A stretch of 64,000 nt of DNA from Eledone cirrhosa (Eukaryota). The notes below the pieces were generated by a model. That model had not been told where the DNA came from. It did not search any database and was given only the letters and a program-made list of their open reading frames with translations. Location of the stretch: NCBI GenBank assembly GCA_964016885.1, contig OZ024741.1:250294001-250358000 (forward strand), read 5' to 3'. The first letter of the stretch is position 1; each line of letters opens with the position of its first letter. Shown piece by piece: positions 1 through 11,911 of this stretch. The position numbers and the translations under genes are program-made.

Positions 1-3000
1 TGTAAAAAAAAAATCAGGGGGAGATAATTTGTAAAAAAAATCAGGGGGAGATAATTTGTAGAAAAAATCAGGGGTAGATAATTTGTAAAAAAAATCAGGG
101 GGAGATAATTTGTAAAAAAAATCAGGGGGAGATAATTTGTAAAAAAAATCAGGGGTAGATAATTTTCAGCCGTCCAAGGGGAGATAATTTCCATCCTTCC
201 AAGGGGAGATAATTTCCAGCCGTCCAAGGGGAGATAATTTCCCGCCAGCCAAGGAGAGATAACATTTAAAAAAATCAGGCGGAGATAATTTGTAAAAAAA
301 ATCAGGGGGAGATAATTTGTAAAAAAATCAGGGGGAGATAATTTGTAAAAAAAATCAGGGGTAGATAATTTCCAGCCGTCCAAGGGGAGATAATTTCCCG
401 CCAGCCAAGGAGAGATAATATTTAAAAAAATCAGGCGGAGATAATTTGTAAAAAAAATCAGGGGGAGATAATTTGTAAAAAAATCAGGGGGAGATAATTT
501 GTAAAAAAAAATCAGGGGGAGATAATTTGTAAAAAAAATCAGGGGGAGATAATTTGTAAAAAAAAATCAGGGGTAGATAATTTGTAAAAAAAAATCAGGG
601 GGAGATAATTTGTAAAAAAAAAATCAGGGGGAGATAATTTGTAAAAAAATCAAGGGGAGATAATTTCCAGCCGGCCAAGGGGAGATAATTTTCAGCCGTC
701 CAAGGAGAGGTAATTTCTAGCCGTCCAAGGGGAGATAATTTCCAGCCGTCCAAGGGGAGATAATTTTTAAAAAAAAATCAGGCGGAGATAATTTGTAAAC
801 AAAAATCAGGGGGAGATAATTTGTAAAAAAAAATCAGGGGGAGATAATTTGTAAAAAAAAAATCAGGGGGTGATAATTTGTAAAAAAATCAAGGGGAGAT
901 AATTTCCAGCCGTCCAAGGGGAGATAATTTTCAGCCGTCCAAGGAGAGGTAATTTCTAGCCGTCCAAGGGGAGATAATTTCCAGCCAGCCAAGGGGAGAT
1001 AATTTGTAAAAAAATCAGGGGTAGATAATTTGTAAAAAAAAATCAGGGGGAGATAATTTGTAAAAAAAATCAGGGGGAGATAATTTGTAAAAAAAATCAG
1101 GGGTAGATAATTTCCAGCCGTCCAAGGGGAGATAATTTCCATCCTTCCAAGGGGAGATAATTTCCAGCCGTCCAAGGGGAGATAATTTCCCGCCAGCCAA
1201 GGAGAGATAATATTTAAAAAAATCAGGCGGAGATAATTTGTAAAAAAAATCAGGGGGAGATAATTTGTAAAAAAATCAGGGGGAGATAATTTGTAAAAAA
1301 AAATTAGGGGAGATAATTTGTAAAAAACATCAGGGGGAGATAATTTGTAAAAAAAAATCAGGGGTAGATAATTTGTAAAAAAAAATCAGGGGGAGATAAT
1401 TTGTAAAAAAAAAATCAGGGGGAGATAATTTGTAAAAAAATCAAGGGGAGATAATTTCCAGCCGTCCAAGGGGAGATAATTTTCAGCCGTCCAAGGAGGT
1501 AATTTCTAGCCGTCCAAGGGGAGATAATTTCCAGCCGTCCAAGGGGAGATAATTTTTTTTAAAAAATCAGGCGGAGATAATTTGTAAACAAAAATCAGGG
1601 GGAGATAATTTGTAAAAAAAAATCAGGGGGAGATAATTTGTAAAAAAAAATCAGGGGGAGATAATTTGTAAAAAAAATCAAGGGGAGATAATTTCCAGCC
1701 GTCCAAGGGGAGGTAATATCTAGCCATCCAAGGGGAGATAATTCCCAGCCGTCCAAGGGGAGATAATTTCCAGCCGTCCAAGGGGAGATAATATCCAGCC
1801 GTCCAAGGAGACATATTTTCCAGCCGTCCAAGGAGAGGTAATTTCTAGCCGTCCAAGGGGAGATAAGTTCCAGCCTCCAAGGGGAGAAAATTTCCAGCCA
1901 GCCAAGGGGAGATAATTTGTAAAAAAATCAGGGGGAGATAATTTGTAAAAAAAAAATCAGGGGGAGATAATTTGTAAAAAAATCAGGGGGAGATAATTTG
2001 TAAAAAAAAAATCAGGGGGAGATAATTTGTAAAAAAAATCAGGGGGAGATAATTTGTAGAAAAAATCAGGGGTAGATAATTTGTAAAAAAAATCAGGGGG
2101 AGATAATTTGTAAAAAAAATCAGGGGGAGATAATTTGTAAAAAAAATCAGGGGTAGATAATTTTCAGCCGTCCAAGGGGAGATAATTTCCATCCTTCCAA
2201 GGGGAGATAATTTCCAGCCGTCCAAGGGGAGATAATTTCCCGCCAGCCAAGGAGAGATAACATTTAAAAAAATCAGGCGGAGATAATTTGTAAAAAAAAT
2301 CAGGGGGAGATAATTTGTAAAAAAATCAGGGGGAGATAATTTGTAAAAAAAATCAGGGGTAGATAATTTCCAGCCGTCCAAGGGGAGATAATTTCCCGCC
2401 AGCCAAGGAGAGATAATATTTAAAAAAATCAGGCGGAGATAATTTGTAAAAAAAATCAGGGGGAGATAATTTGTAAAAAAATCAGGGGGAGATAATTTGT
2501 AAAAAAAAATCAGGGGGAGATAATTTGTAAAAAAAATCAGGGGGAGATAATTTGTAAAAAAAAATCAGGGGTAGATAATTTGTAAAAAAAAATCAGGGGG
2601 AGATAATTTGTAAAAAAAAAATCAGGGGGAGATAATTTGTAAAAAAATCAAGGGGAGATAATTTCCAGCCGGCCAAGGGGAGATAATTTTCAGCCGTCCA
2701 AGGAGAGGTAATTTCTAGCCGTCCAAGGGGAGATAATTTCCAGCCGTCCAAGGGGAGATAATTTTTAAAAAAAAATCAGGCGGAGATAATTTGTAAACAA
2801 AAATCAGGGGGAGATAATTTGTAAAAAAAAATCAGGGGGAGATAATTTGTAAAAAAAAAATCAGGGGGTGATAATTTGTAAAAAAATCAAGGGGAGATAA
2901 TTTCCAGCCGTCCAAGGGGAGATAATTTTCAGCCGTCCAAGGAGAGGTAATTTCTAGCCGTCCAAGGGGAGATAATTTCCAGCCAGCCAAGGGGAGATAA

Positions 3001-6000
3001 TTTGTAAAAAAATCAGGGGTAGATAATTTGTAAAAAAAAATCAGGGGGAGATAATTTGTAAAAAAAATCAGGGGGAGATAATTTGTAAAAAAAATCAGGG
3101 GTAGATAATTTCCAGCCGTCCAAGGGGAGATAATTTCCATCCTTCCAAGGGGAGATAATTTCCAGCCGTCCAAGGGGAGATAATTTCCCGCCAGCCAAGG
3201 AGAGATAATATTTAAAAAAATCAGGCGGAGATAATTTGTAAAAAAAATCAGGGGGAGATAATTTGTAAAAAAATCAGGGGGAGATAATTTGTAAAAAAAA
3301 ATTAGGGGAGATAATTTGTAAAAAACATCAGGGGGAGATAATTTGTAAAAAAAAATCAGGGGTAGATAATTTGTAAAAAAAAATCAGGGGGAGATAATTT
3401 GTAAAAAAAAAATCAGGGGGAGATAATTTGTAAAAAAATCAAGGGGAGATAATTTCCAGCCGTCCAAGGGGAGATAATTTTCAGCCGTCCAAGGAGGTAA
3501 TTTCTAGCCGTCCAAGGGGAGATAATTTCCAGCCGTCCAAGGGGAGATAATTTTTTTTAAAAAATCAGGCGGAGATAATTTGTAAACAAAAATCAGGGGG
3601 AGATAATTTGTAAAAAAAAATCAGGGGGAGATAATTTGTAAAAAAAAATCAGGGGGAGATAATTTGTAAAAAAAATCAAGGGGAGATAATTTCCAGCCGT
3701 CCAAGGGGAGGTAATATCTAGCCATCCAAGGGGAGATAATTCCCAGCCGTCCAAGGGGAGATAATTTCCAGCCGTCCAAGGGGAGATAATATCCAGCCGT
3801 CCAAGGAGACATATTTTCCAGCCGTCCAAGGAGAGGTAATTTCTAGCCGTCCAAGGGGAGATAAGTTCCAGCCTCCAAGGGGAGAAAATTTCCAGCCAGC
3901 CAAGGGGAGATAATTTGTAAAAAAATCAGGGGGAGATAATTTGTAAAAAAAAAATCAGGGGGAGATAATTTGTAAAAAAATCAGGGGGAGATAATTTGTA
4001 AAAAAAAAATCAGGGGGAGATAATTTGTAAAAAAAATCAGGGGGAGATAATTTGTAGAAAAAATCAGGGGTAGATAATTTGTAAAAAAAATCAGGGGGAG
4101 ATAATTTGTAAAAAAAATCAGGGGGAGATAATTTGTAAAAAAAATCAGGGGTAGATAATTTTCAGCCGTCCAAGGGGAGATAATTTCCATCCTTCCAAGG
4201 GGAGATAATTTCCAGCCGTCCAAGGGGAGATAATTTCCCGCCAGCCAAGGAGAGATAACATTTAAAAAAATCAGGCGGAGATAATTTGTAAAAAAAATCA
4301 GGGGGAGATAATTTGTAAAAAAATCAGGGGGAGATAATTTGTAAAAAAAATCAGGGGTAGATAATTTCCAGCCGTCCAAGGGGAGATAATTTCCCGCCAG
4401 CCAAGGAGAGATAATATTTAAAAAAATCAGGCGGAGATAATTTGTAAAAAAAATCAGGGGGAGATAATTTGTAAAAAAATCAGGGGGAGATAATTTGTAA
4501 AAAAAAATCAGGGGGAGATAATTTGTAAAAAAAATCAGGGGGAGATAATTTGTAAAAAAAAATCAGGGGTAGATAATTTGTAAAAAAAAATCAGGGGGAG
4601 ATAATTTGTAAAAAAAAAATCAGGGGGAGATAATTTGTAAAAAAATCAAGGGGAGATAATTTCCAGCCGGCCAAGGGGAGATAATTTTCAGCCGTCCAAG
4701 GAGAGGTAATTTCTAGCCGTCCAAGGGGAGATAATTTCCAGCCGTCCAAGGGGAGATAATTTTTAAAAAAAAATCAGGCGGAGATAATTTGTAAACAAAA
4801 ATCAGGGGGAGATAATTTGTAAAAAAAAATCAGGGGGAGATAATTTGTAAAAAAAAAATCAGGGGGTGATAATTTGTAAAAAAATCAAGGGGAGATAATT
4901 TCCAGCCGTCCAAGGGGAGATAATTTTCAGCCGTCCAAGGAGAGGTAATTTCTAGCCGTCCAAGGGGAGATAATTTCCAGCCAGCCAAGGGGAGATAATT
5001 TGTAAAAAAATCAGGGGTAGATAATTTGTAAAAAAAAATCAGGGGGAGATAATTTGTAAAAAAAATCAGGGGGAGATAATTTGTAAAAAAAATCAGGGGT
5101 AGATAATTTCCAGCCGTCCAAGGGGAGATAATTTCCATCCTTCCAAGGGGAGATAATTTCCAGCCGTCCAAGGGGAGATAATTTCCCGCCAGCCAAGGAG
5201 AGATAATATTTAAAAAAATCAGGCGGAGATAATTTGTAAAAAAAATCAGGGGGAGATAATTTGTAAAAAAATCAGGGGGAGATAATTTGTAAAAAAAAAT
5301 TAGGGGAGATAATTTGTAAAAAAAATCAGGGGGAGATAATTTGTAAAAAAAAATCAGGGGTAGATAATTTGTAAAAAAAAATCAGGGGGAGATAATTTGT
5401 AAAAAAAAAATCAGGGGGAGATAATTTGTAAAAAAATCAAGGGGAGATAATTTCCAGCCGTCCAAGGGGAGATAATTTTCAGCCGTCCAAGGAGGTAATT
5501 TCTAGCCGTCCAAGGGGAGATAATTTCCAGCCGTCCAAGGGGAGATAATTTTTTTAAAAAAATCAGGCGGAGATAATTTGTAAACAAAAATCAGGGGGAG
5601 ATAATTTGTAAAAAAAAATCAGGGGGAGATAATTTGTAAAAAAAAATCAGGGGGAGATAATTTGTAAAAAAAATCAAGGGGAGATAATTTCCAGCCGTCC
5701 AAGGGGAGGTAATATCTAGCCATCCAAGGGGAGATAATTCCCAGCCGTCCAAGGGGAGATAATTTCCAGCAGTCCAAGGGGAGATAATATCCAGCCGTCC
5801 AAGGAGACATATTTTCCAGCCGTCCAAGGAGAGGTAATTTCTAGCCGTCCAAGGGGAGATAAGTTCCAGCCTCCAAGGGGAGAAAATTTCCAGCCAGCCA
5901 AGGGGAGATAATTTGTAAAAAAATCAGGGGGAGATAATTTGTAAAAAAAAAATCAGGGGGAGATAATTTGTAAAAAAATCAGGGGGAGATAATTTGTAAA

Positions 6001-7200
6001 AAAAAAATCAGGGGGAGATAATTTGTAAAAAAAATCAGGGGGAGATAATTTGTAGAAAAAATCAGGGGTAGATAATTTGTAAAAAAAATCAGGGGGAGAT
6101 AATTTGTAAAAAAAATCAGGGGGAGATAATTTGTAAAAAAAATCAGGGGTAGATAATTTTCAGCCGTCCAAGGGGAGATAATTTCCATCCTTCCAAGGGG
6201 AGATAATTTCCAGCCGTCCAAGGGGAGATAATTTCCCGCCAGCCAAGGAGAGATAACATTTAAAAAAATCAGGCGGAGATAATTTGTAAAAAAAATCAGG
6301 GGGAGATAATTTGTAAAAAAATCAGGGGGAGATAATTTGTAAAAAAAATCAGGGGTAGATAATTTCCAGCCGTCCAAGGGGAGATAATTTCCCGCCAGCC
6401 AAGGAGAGATAATATTTAAAAAAATCAGGCGGAGATAATTTGTAAAAAAAATCAGGGGGAGATAATTTGTAAAAAAATCAGGGGGAGATAATTTGTAAAA
6501 AAAAATCAGGGGGAGATAATTTGTAAAAAAAATCAGGGGGAGATAATTTGTAAAAAAAAATCAGGGGTAGATAATTTGTAAAAAAAAATCAGGGGGAGAT
6601 AATTTGTAAAAAAAAAATCAGGGGGAGATAATTTGTAAAAAAATCAAGGGGAGATAATTTCCAGCCGGCCAAGGGGAGATAATTTTCAGCCGTCCAAGGA
6701 GAGGTAATTTCTAGCCGTCCAAGGGGAGATAATTTCCAGCCGTCCAAGGGGAGATAATTTTTTAAAAAAAATCAGGCGGAGATAATTTGTAAACAAAAAT
6801 CAGGGGGAGATAATTTGTAAAAAAAAATCAGGGGGAGATAATTTGTAAAAAAAAAATCAGGGGGTGATAATTTGTAAAAAAATCAAGGGGAGATAATTTC
6901 CAGCCGTCCAAGGGGAGATAATTTTCAGCCGTCCACGGAGAGGTAATTTCTAGCCGTCCAAGGGGAGATAATTTCCAGCCAGCCAAGGGGAGATAATTTG
7001 TAAAAAAATCAGGGGTAGATAATTTGTAAAAAAAAATCAGGGGGAGATAATTTGTAAAAAAAATCAGGGGGAGATAATTTGTAAAAAAAATCAGGGGTAG
7101 ATAATTTCCAGCCGTCCAAGGGGAGATAATTTCCATCCTTCCAAGGGGAGATAATTTCCAGCCGTCCAAGGGGAGATAATTTCCCGCCAGCCAAGGAGAG
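1..7200 (+). repeat. 1998-bp higher-order repeat, about 3.6 tandem copies; about 76 monomers (45 A + 31 B) arranged B4 A4 B2 A9 B4 A5 B4 A4 B4 A9 B4 A5 B9 A9
   Basis: ORF coordinates recur at exactly 1998 bp (834/2832/4830/6828; 1595/3593/5591; 1983/3981/5979). The rare variants CCGGCC, GGGGTGATA, GGAGAAAATTT and TGTAGAAAA recur in register. Monomers were counted by hand over 151-2148. Confidence 0.93.
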
Positions 7201-10200
7201 ATAACATTTAAAAAAATCAGGCGGAGATAATTTGTAAAAAAAATCAGGGGGAGATAATTTGTAAAAAAATCAGGGGGAGATAATTTGTAAAAAAAATCAG
7301 GGGTAGATAATTTCCAGCCGTCCAAGGGGAGATAATTTCCATCCTTCCAAGGGGAGATAATTTCCAGCCGTCCAAGGGGAGATAATTTCCCGCCAGCCAA
7401 GGAGAGATAATATTTAAAAAAATCAGGCGGAGATAATTTGTAAAAAAAATCAGGGGGAGATAATTTGTAAAAAAATCAGGGGGAGATAATTTGTAAAAAA
7501 AAATCAGGGGAGATAATTTGTAAAAAAAATCAGGGGGAGATAATTTGTAAAAAAAAATCAGGGGTAGATAATTTGTAAAAAAAAATCAGGGGGAGATAAT
7601 TTGTAAAAAAAAAATCAGGGGGAGATAATTTGTAAAAAAATCAAGGGGAGATAATTTCCAGCCGTCCAAGGGGAGATAATTTTCAGCCGTCCAAGGAGGT
7701 AATTTCTAGCCGTCCAAGGGGAGATAATTTCCAGCCGTCCAAGGGGAGATAATTTTTTTAAAAAAATCAGGCGGAGATAATTTGTAAACAAAAATCAGGG
7801 GGAGATAATTTGTAAAAAAAAATCAGGGGGAGATAATTTGTAAAAAAAAAATCAGGGGGTGATAATTTGTAAAAAAATCAAGGGGAGATAATTTCCAGCC
7901 GTCCAAGGGGAGATAATTTTCAGCCGTCCAAGGAGAGGTAATTTCTAGCCGTCCAAGGGGAGATAATTTCCAGCCAGCCAAGGGGAGATAATTTGTAAAA
8001 AAATCAGGGGTAGATAATTTGTAAAAAAAAATCAGGGGGAGATAATTTGTAAAAAAAATCAGGGGGAGATAATTTGTAAAAAAAATCAGGGGTAGATAAT
8101 TTCCAGCCGTCCAAGGGGAGATAATTTCCATCCTTCCAAGGGGAGATAATTTCCAGCCGTCCAAGGGGAGATAATTTCCCGCCAGCCAAGGAGAGATAAT
8201 ATTTAAAAAAATCAGGCGGAGATAATTTGTAAAAAAAATCAGGGGGAGATAATTTGTAAAAAAATCAGGGGGAGATAATTTGTAAAAAAAAATCAGGGGG
8301 AGATAATTTGTAAAAAAAATCAGGGGGAGATAATTTGTAAAAAAAAATCAGGGGTAGATAATTTGTAAAAAAAAATCAGGGGGAGATAATTTGTAAAAAA
8401 AAAATCAGGGGGAGATAATTTGTAAAAAAATCAAGGGGAGATAATTTCCAGCCGTCCAAGGGGAGATAATTTTCAGCCGTCCAAGGAGAGGTAATTTCTA
8501 GCCGTCCAAGGGGAGATAATTTCCAGCCGTCCAAGGGGAGATAATTTTTTTTTAAAAATCAGGCGGAGATAATTTGTAAACAAAAATCAGGGGGAGATAA
8601 TTTGTAAAAAAAAATCAGGGGGAGATAATTTGTAAAAAAAAATCAGGGGGAGATAATTTGTAAAAAAAATCAAGGGGAGATAATTTCCAGCCGTCCAAGG
8701 GGAGGTAATATCTAGCCATCCAAGGGGAGATAATTTCCAGCCGTCCAAGGGGAGATAATTTCCAGCCGTCCAAGGGGAGATAATATCCAGCCGTCCAAGG
8801 AGACATATTTTCCAGCCGTCCAAGGAGACGTAATTTCTAGCCGTCCAAGGGGAGATAAGTTCCAGCCTCCAAGGGGAGATAATTTCCAGCCAGCCAAGGG
8901 GAGATAATTTGTAAAAAAATTAGGGGGAGATAATTTGTAAAAAAAATTAGGGGGAGATAATTTGTAAAAAAAAATCAGGGGGAGATAATTTGTAAAAAAA
9001 AATCAGGGGGAGATAATTTGTAAAAAAAATCAAGGGGAGATAATTTCCAGCCGTCCAAGGGGAGATAATTTTCAGCCGTCCAAGGAGAGGTAAATTCTAG
9101 CCGTCCAAGGAGATATAATTTCCAGCCGTCCAAGGGGAGATAATTTCCAGCCGTCCAAGGGGAGGTAATATCTAGCCATCCAAGGGGAGATAATTTCCAG
9201 CCGTCCAAGGGGAGATAATATCCAGCCGTCCAAGGAGACATATTTTCCAGCCGTCCAAGGAGAGGTAATTTCTAGCCGTCCAAGGGGAGATAAGTTCCAG
9301 CCTCCAAGGGGAGATAATTTCCAGCCAGCCAAGGGGAGATAATTTGTAAAAAAATCAGGGGGGAGATAATTTGTAAAAAAAATCAGGGGGAGATAATTTG
9401 AAAAAAAAATCAGGGGGAGATAATTTGTAAAAAATATCAAGGGGAGATAATTTCCAGCCCTCCAAGGGGCTATAATTTCCAGCCGTGCAAGGGGAGATAA
9501 TTTCCAGCCGTCCAAGGGGAGATAATTTCCATCCTTCCAAGGGGAGATAATTTCCAGCCGTCCAAGGGGAGATAATTTCCCGCCAGCCAAGGGAAGATAA
9601 TTTTTTAAAAAATCAGGCGGAGATTGTAAAAAAAATCAGTGGGAGATAATTTGTAAAAAAATCAGGGGGAGATAATTTGTAAAAAAAAAATCAGGGGGAG
9701 ATAATTTGTAAAAAAAAATCAGGGGGAGATAATTTGTAAAAAAAATCAGGGGGAGATAATTTGTAAAAAAAATCAGGGGTAGATAATTTGTAAAAAAAAT
9801 CAGGGGGAGATAATTTGTAAAAAAAATCAGGGGGAGATAATTTGTAAAAAAAATCAGGGGTAGATAATTTTCAGCCGTCCAAGGGGAGATAATTTCCATC
9901 CTTCCAAGGGGAGATAATTTCCAGCCGTCCAAGGGGAGATAATTTCCCGCCAGCCAAGGAGAGATAACATTTAAAAAAATCAGGCGGAGATAATTTGTAA
10001 AAAAATCAGGGGGAGATAATTTGTAAAAAAAATCAGGGGTAGATAATTTCCAGCCGTCCAAGGGGAGATAATTTCCATCCTTCCAAGGGGAGATAATTTC
10101 CAGCCGTCCAAGGGGAGATAATTTCCCGCCAGCCAAGGAGAGATAATATTTAAAAAAATCAGGCGGAGATAATTTGTAAAAAAAATCAGGGGGAGATAAT

Positions 10201-10870
10201 TTGTAAAAAAATCAGGGGGAGATAATTTGTAAAAAAAAATCAGGGGGAGATAATTTGTAAAAAAAAATCAGGGGGAGATAATTTGTAAAAAAAAATCAGG
10301 GGTAGATAATTTGTAAAAAAAAATCAGGGGGAGATAATTTGTAAAAAAAAAATCAGGGGGAGATAATTTGTAAAAAAATCAAGGGGAGATAATTTCCAGC
10401 CGTCCAAGGGGAGATAATTTTCAGCCGTCCAAGGAGAGGTAATTTCTAGCCGTCCAAGGGGAGATAATTTCCAGCCGTCCAAGGGGAGATAATTTTTTTA
10501 AAAAAATCAGGCGGAGATAATTTGTAAACAAAAATCAGGGGGAGATAATTTGTAAAAAAAAATCAGGGGGAGATAATTTGTAAAAAAAATCAAGGGGAGA
10601 TAATTTGTAAAAAAAAATCAGGGGTAGATAATTTGTAAAAAAAAATCAGGGGGAGATAATTTGTAAAAAAAAAATCAGGGGGAGATAATTTGTAAAAAAA
10701 TCAAGGGGAGATAATTTCCAGCCGTCCAAGGGGAGATAATTTTCAGCCGTCCAAGGAGAGGTAATTTCTAGCCGTCCAAGGGGAGATAATTTCCAGCCAG
10801 CCAAGGGGAGATAATTTGTAAAAAAATCAGGGGTAGATAATTTGTAAAAAAAAATCAGGGGGAGATAATT
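3960..10870 (+). repeat. Copy 1 of a ~6.9 kb block duplicated at a 7931-7932 bp offset
   Basis: ORF pairs 3981/11912, 4830/12761, 5591/13522, 7823/15754, 8587/16518 and 9636/17568. Private variants are shared: CAGCAGTCC (~5767/13698), GTCCACGG (~6931/14862) and GGAGATTGT..CAGTGGG (~9619/17551). Confidence 0.92.
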
Positions 10871-11911
10871 TGTAAAAAAAAAATCAGTGGGAGATAATTT
10901 GTAAAAAAAATCAGGGGGAGATAATTTGTAGAAAAAATCAGGGGTAGATAATTTGTAAAAAAAATCAGGGGGAGATAATTTGTAAAAAAAATCAGGGGGA
11001 GATAATTTGTAAAAAAAATCAGGGGTAGATAATTTTCAGCCGTCCAAGGGGAGATAATTTCCATCCTTCCAAGGGGAGATAATTTCCAGCCGTCCAAGGG
11101 GAGATAATTTCCCGCCAGCCAAGGAGAGATAACATTTAAAAAAATCAGGCGGAGATAATTTGTAAAAAAAATCAGGGGGAGATAATTTGTAAAAAAATCA
11201 GGGGGAGATAATTTGTAAAAAAAATCAGGGGTAGATAATTTCCAGCCGTCCAAGGGGAGATAATTTCCCGCCAGCCAAGGAGAGATAATATTTAAAAAAA
11301 TCAGGCGGAGATAATTTGTAAAAAAAATCAGGGGGAGATAATTTGTAAAAAAATCAGGGGGAGATAATTTGTAAAAAAAAATCAGGGGGAGATAATTTGT
11401 AAAAAAAATCAGGGGGAGATAATTTGTAAAAAAAAATCAGGGGTAGATAATTTGTAAAAAAAAAATCAGGGGGAGATAATTTGTAAAAAAATCAAGGGGA
11501 GATAATTTCCAGCCGGCCAAGGGGAGATAATTTTCAGCCGTCCAAGGAGAGGTAATTTCTAGCCGTCCAAGGGGAGATAATTTCCAGCCGTCCAAGGGGA
11601 GATAATTTTTAAAAAAAAATCAGGCGGAGATAATTTGTAAACAAAAATCAGGGGGAGATAATTTGTAAAAAAAAATCAGGGGGAGATAATTTGTAAAAAA
11701 AAAATCAGGGGGTGATAATTTGTAAAAAAATCAAGGGGAGATAATTTCCAGCCGTCCAAGGGGAGATAATTTTCAGCCGTCCAAGGAGAGGTAATTTCTA
11801 GCCGTCCAAGGGGAGATAATTTCCAGCCAGCCAAGGGGAGATAATTTGTAAAAAAATCAGGGGTAGATAATTTGTAAAAAAAAATCAGGGGGAGATAATT
11901 TGTAAAAAAAA
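10855..11911 (+). repeat. ~1057-bp partial copy of the 1998-bp HOR lying between the two 6.9 kb blocks
   Basis: The same 132-aa ORF occurs at 10855 and 11912. It contains the HOR markers TGTAGAAAA, CCGGCC (~11513) and GGGGTGATA (~11709) and lacks one A monomer relative to the HOR. Confidence 0.8.

Noticed and set aside
175-235. NF-kB/Rel-like site GGGGAGATAATTTCC
   Set aside because: The spacing between the G run and TTCC is longer than the 10-11 bp kappaB consensus, so it is not supportable.
151-250. AAGGAG/GGAG Shine-Dalgarno-like and TATAAT-like motifs as prokaryotic expression signals
   Set aside because: They are incidental parts of the repeat, with no downstream + strand ORF.
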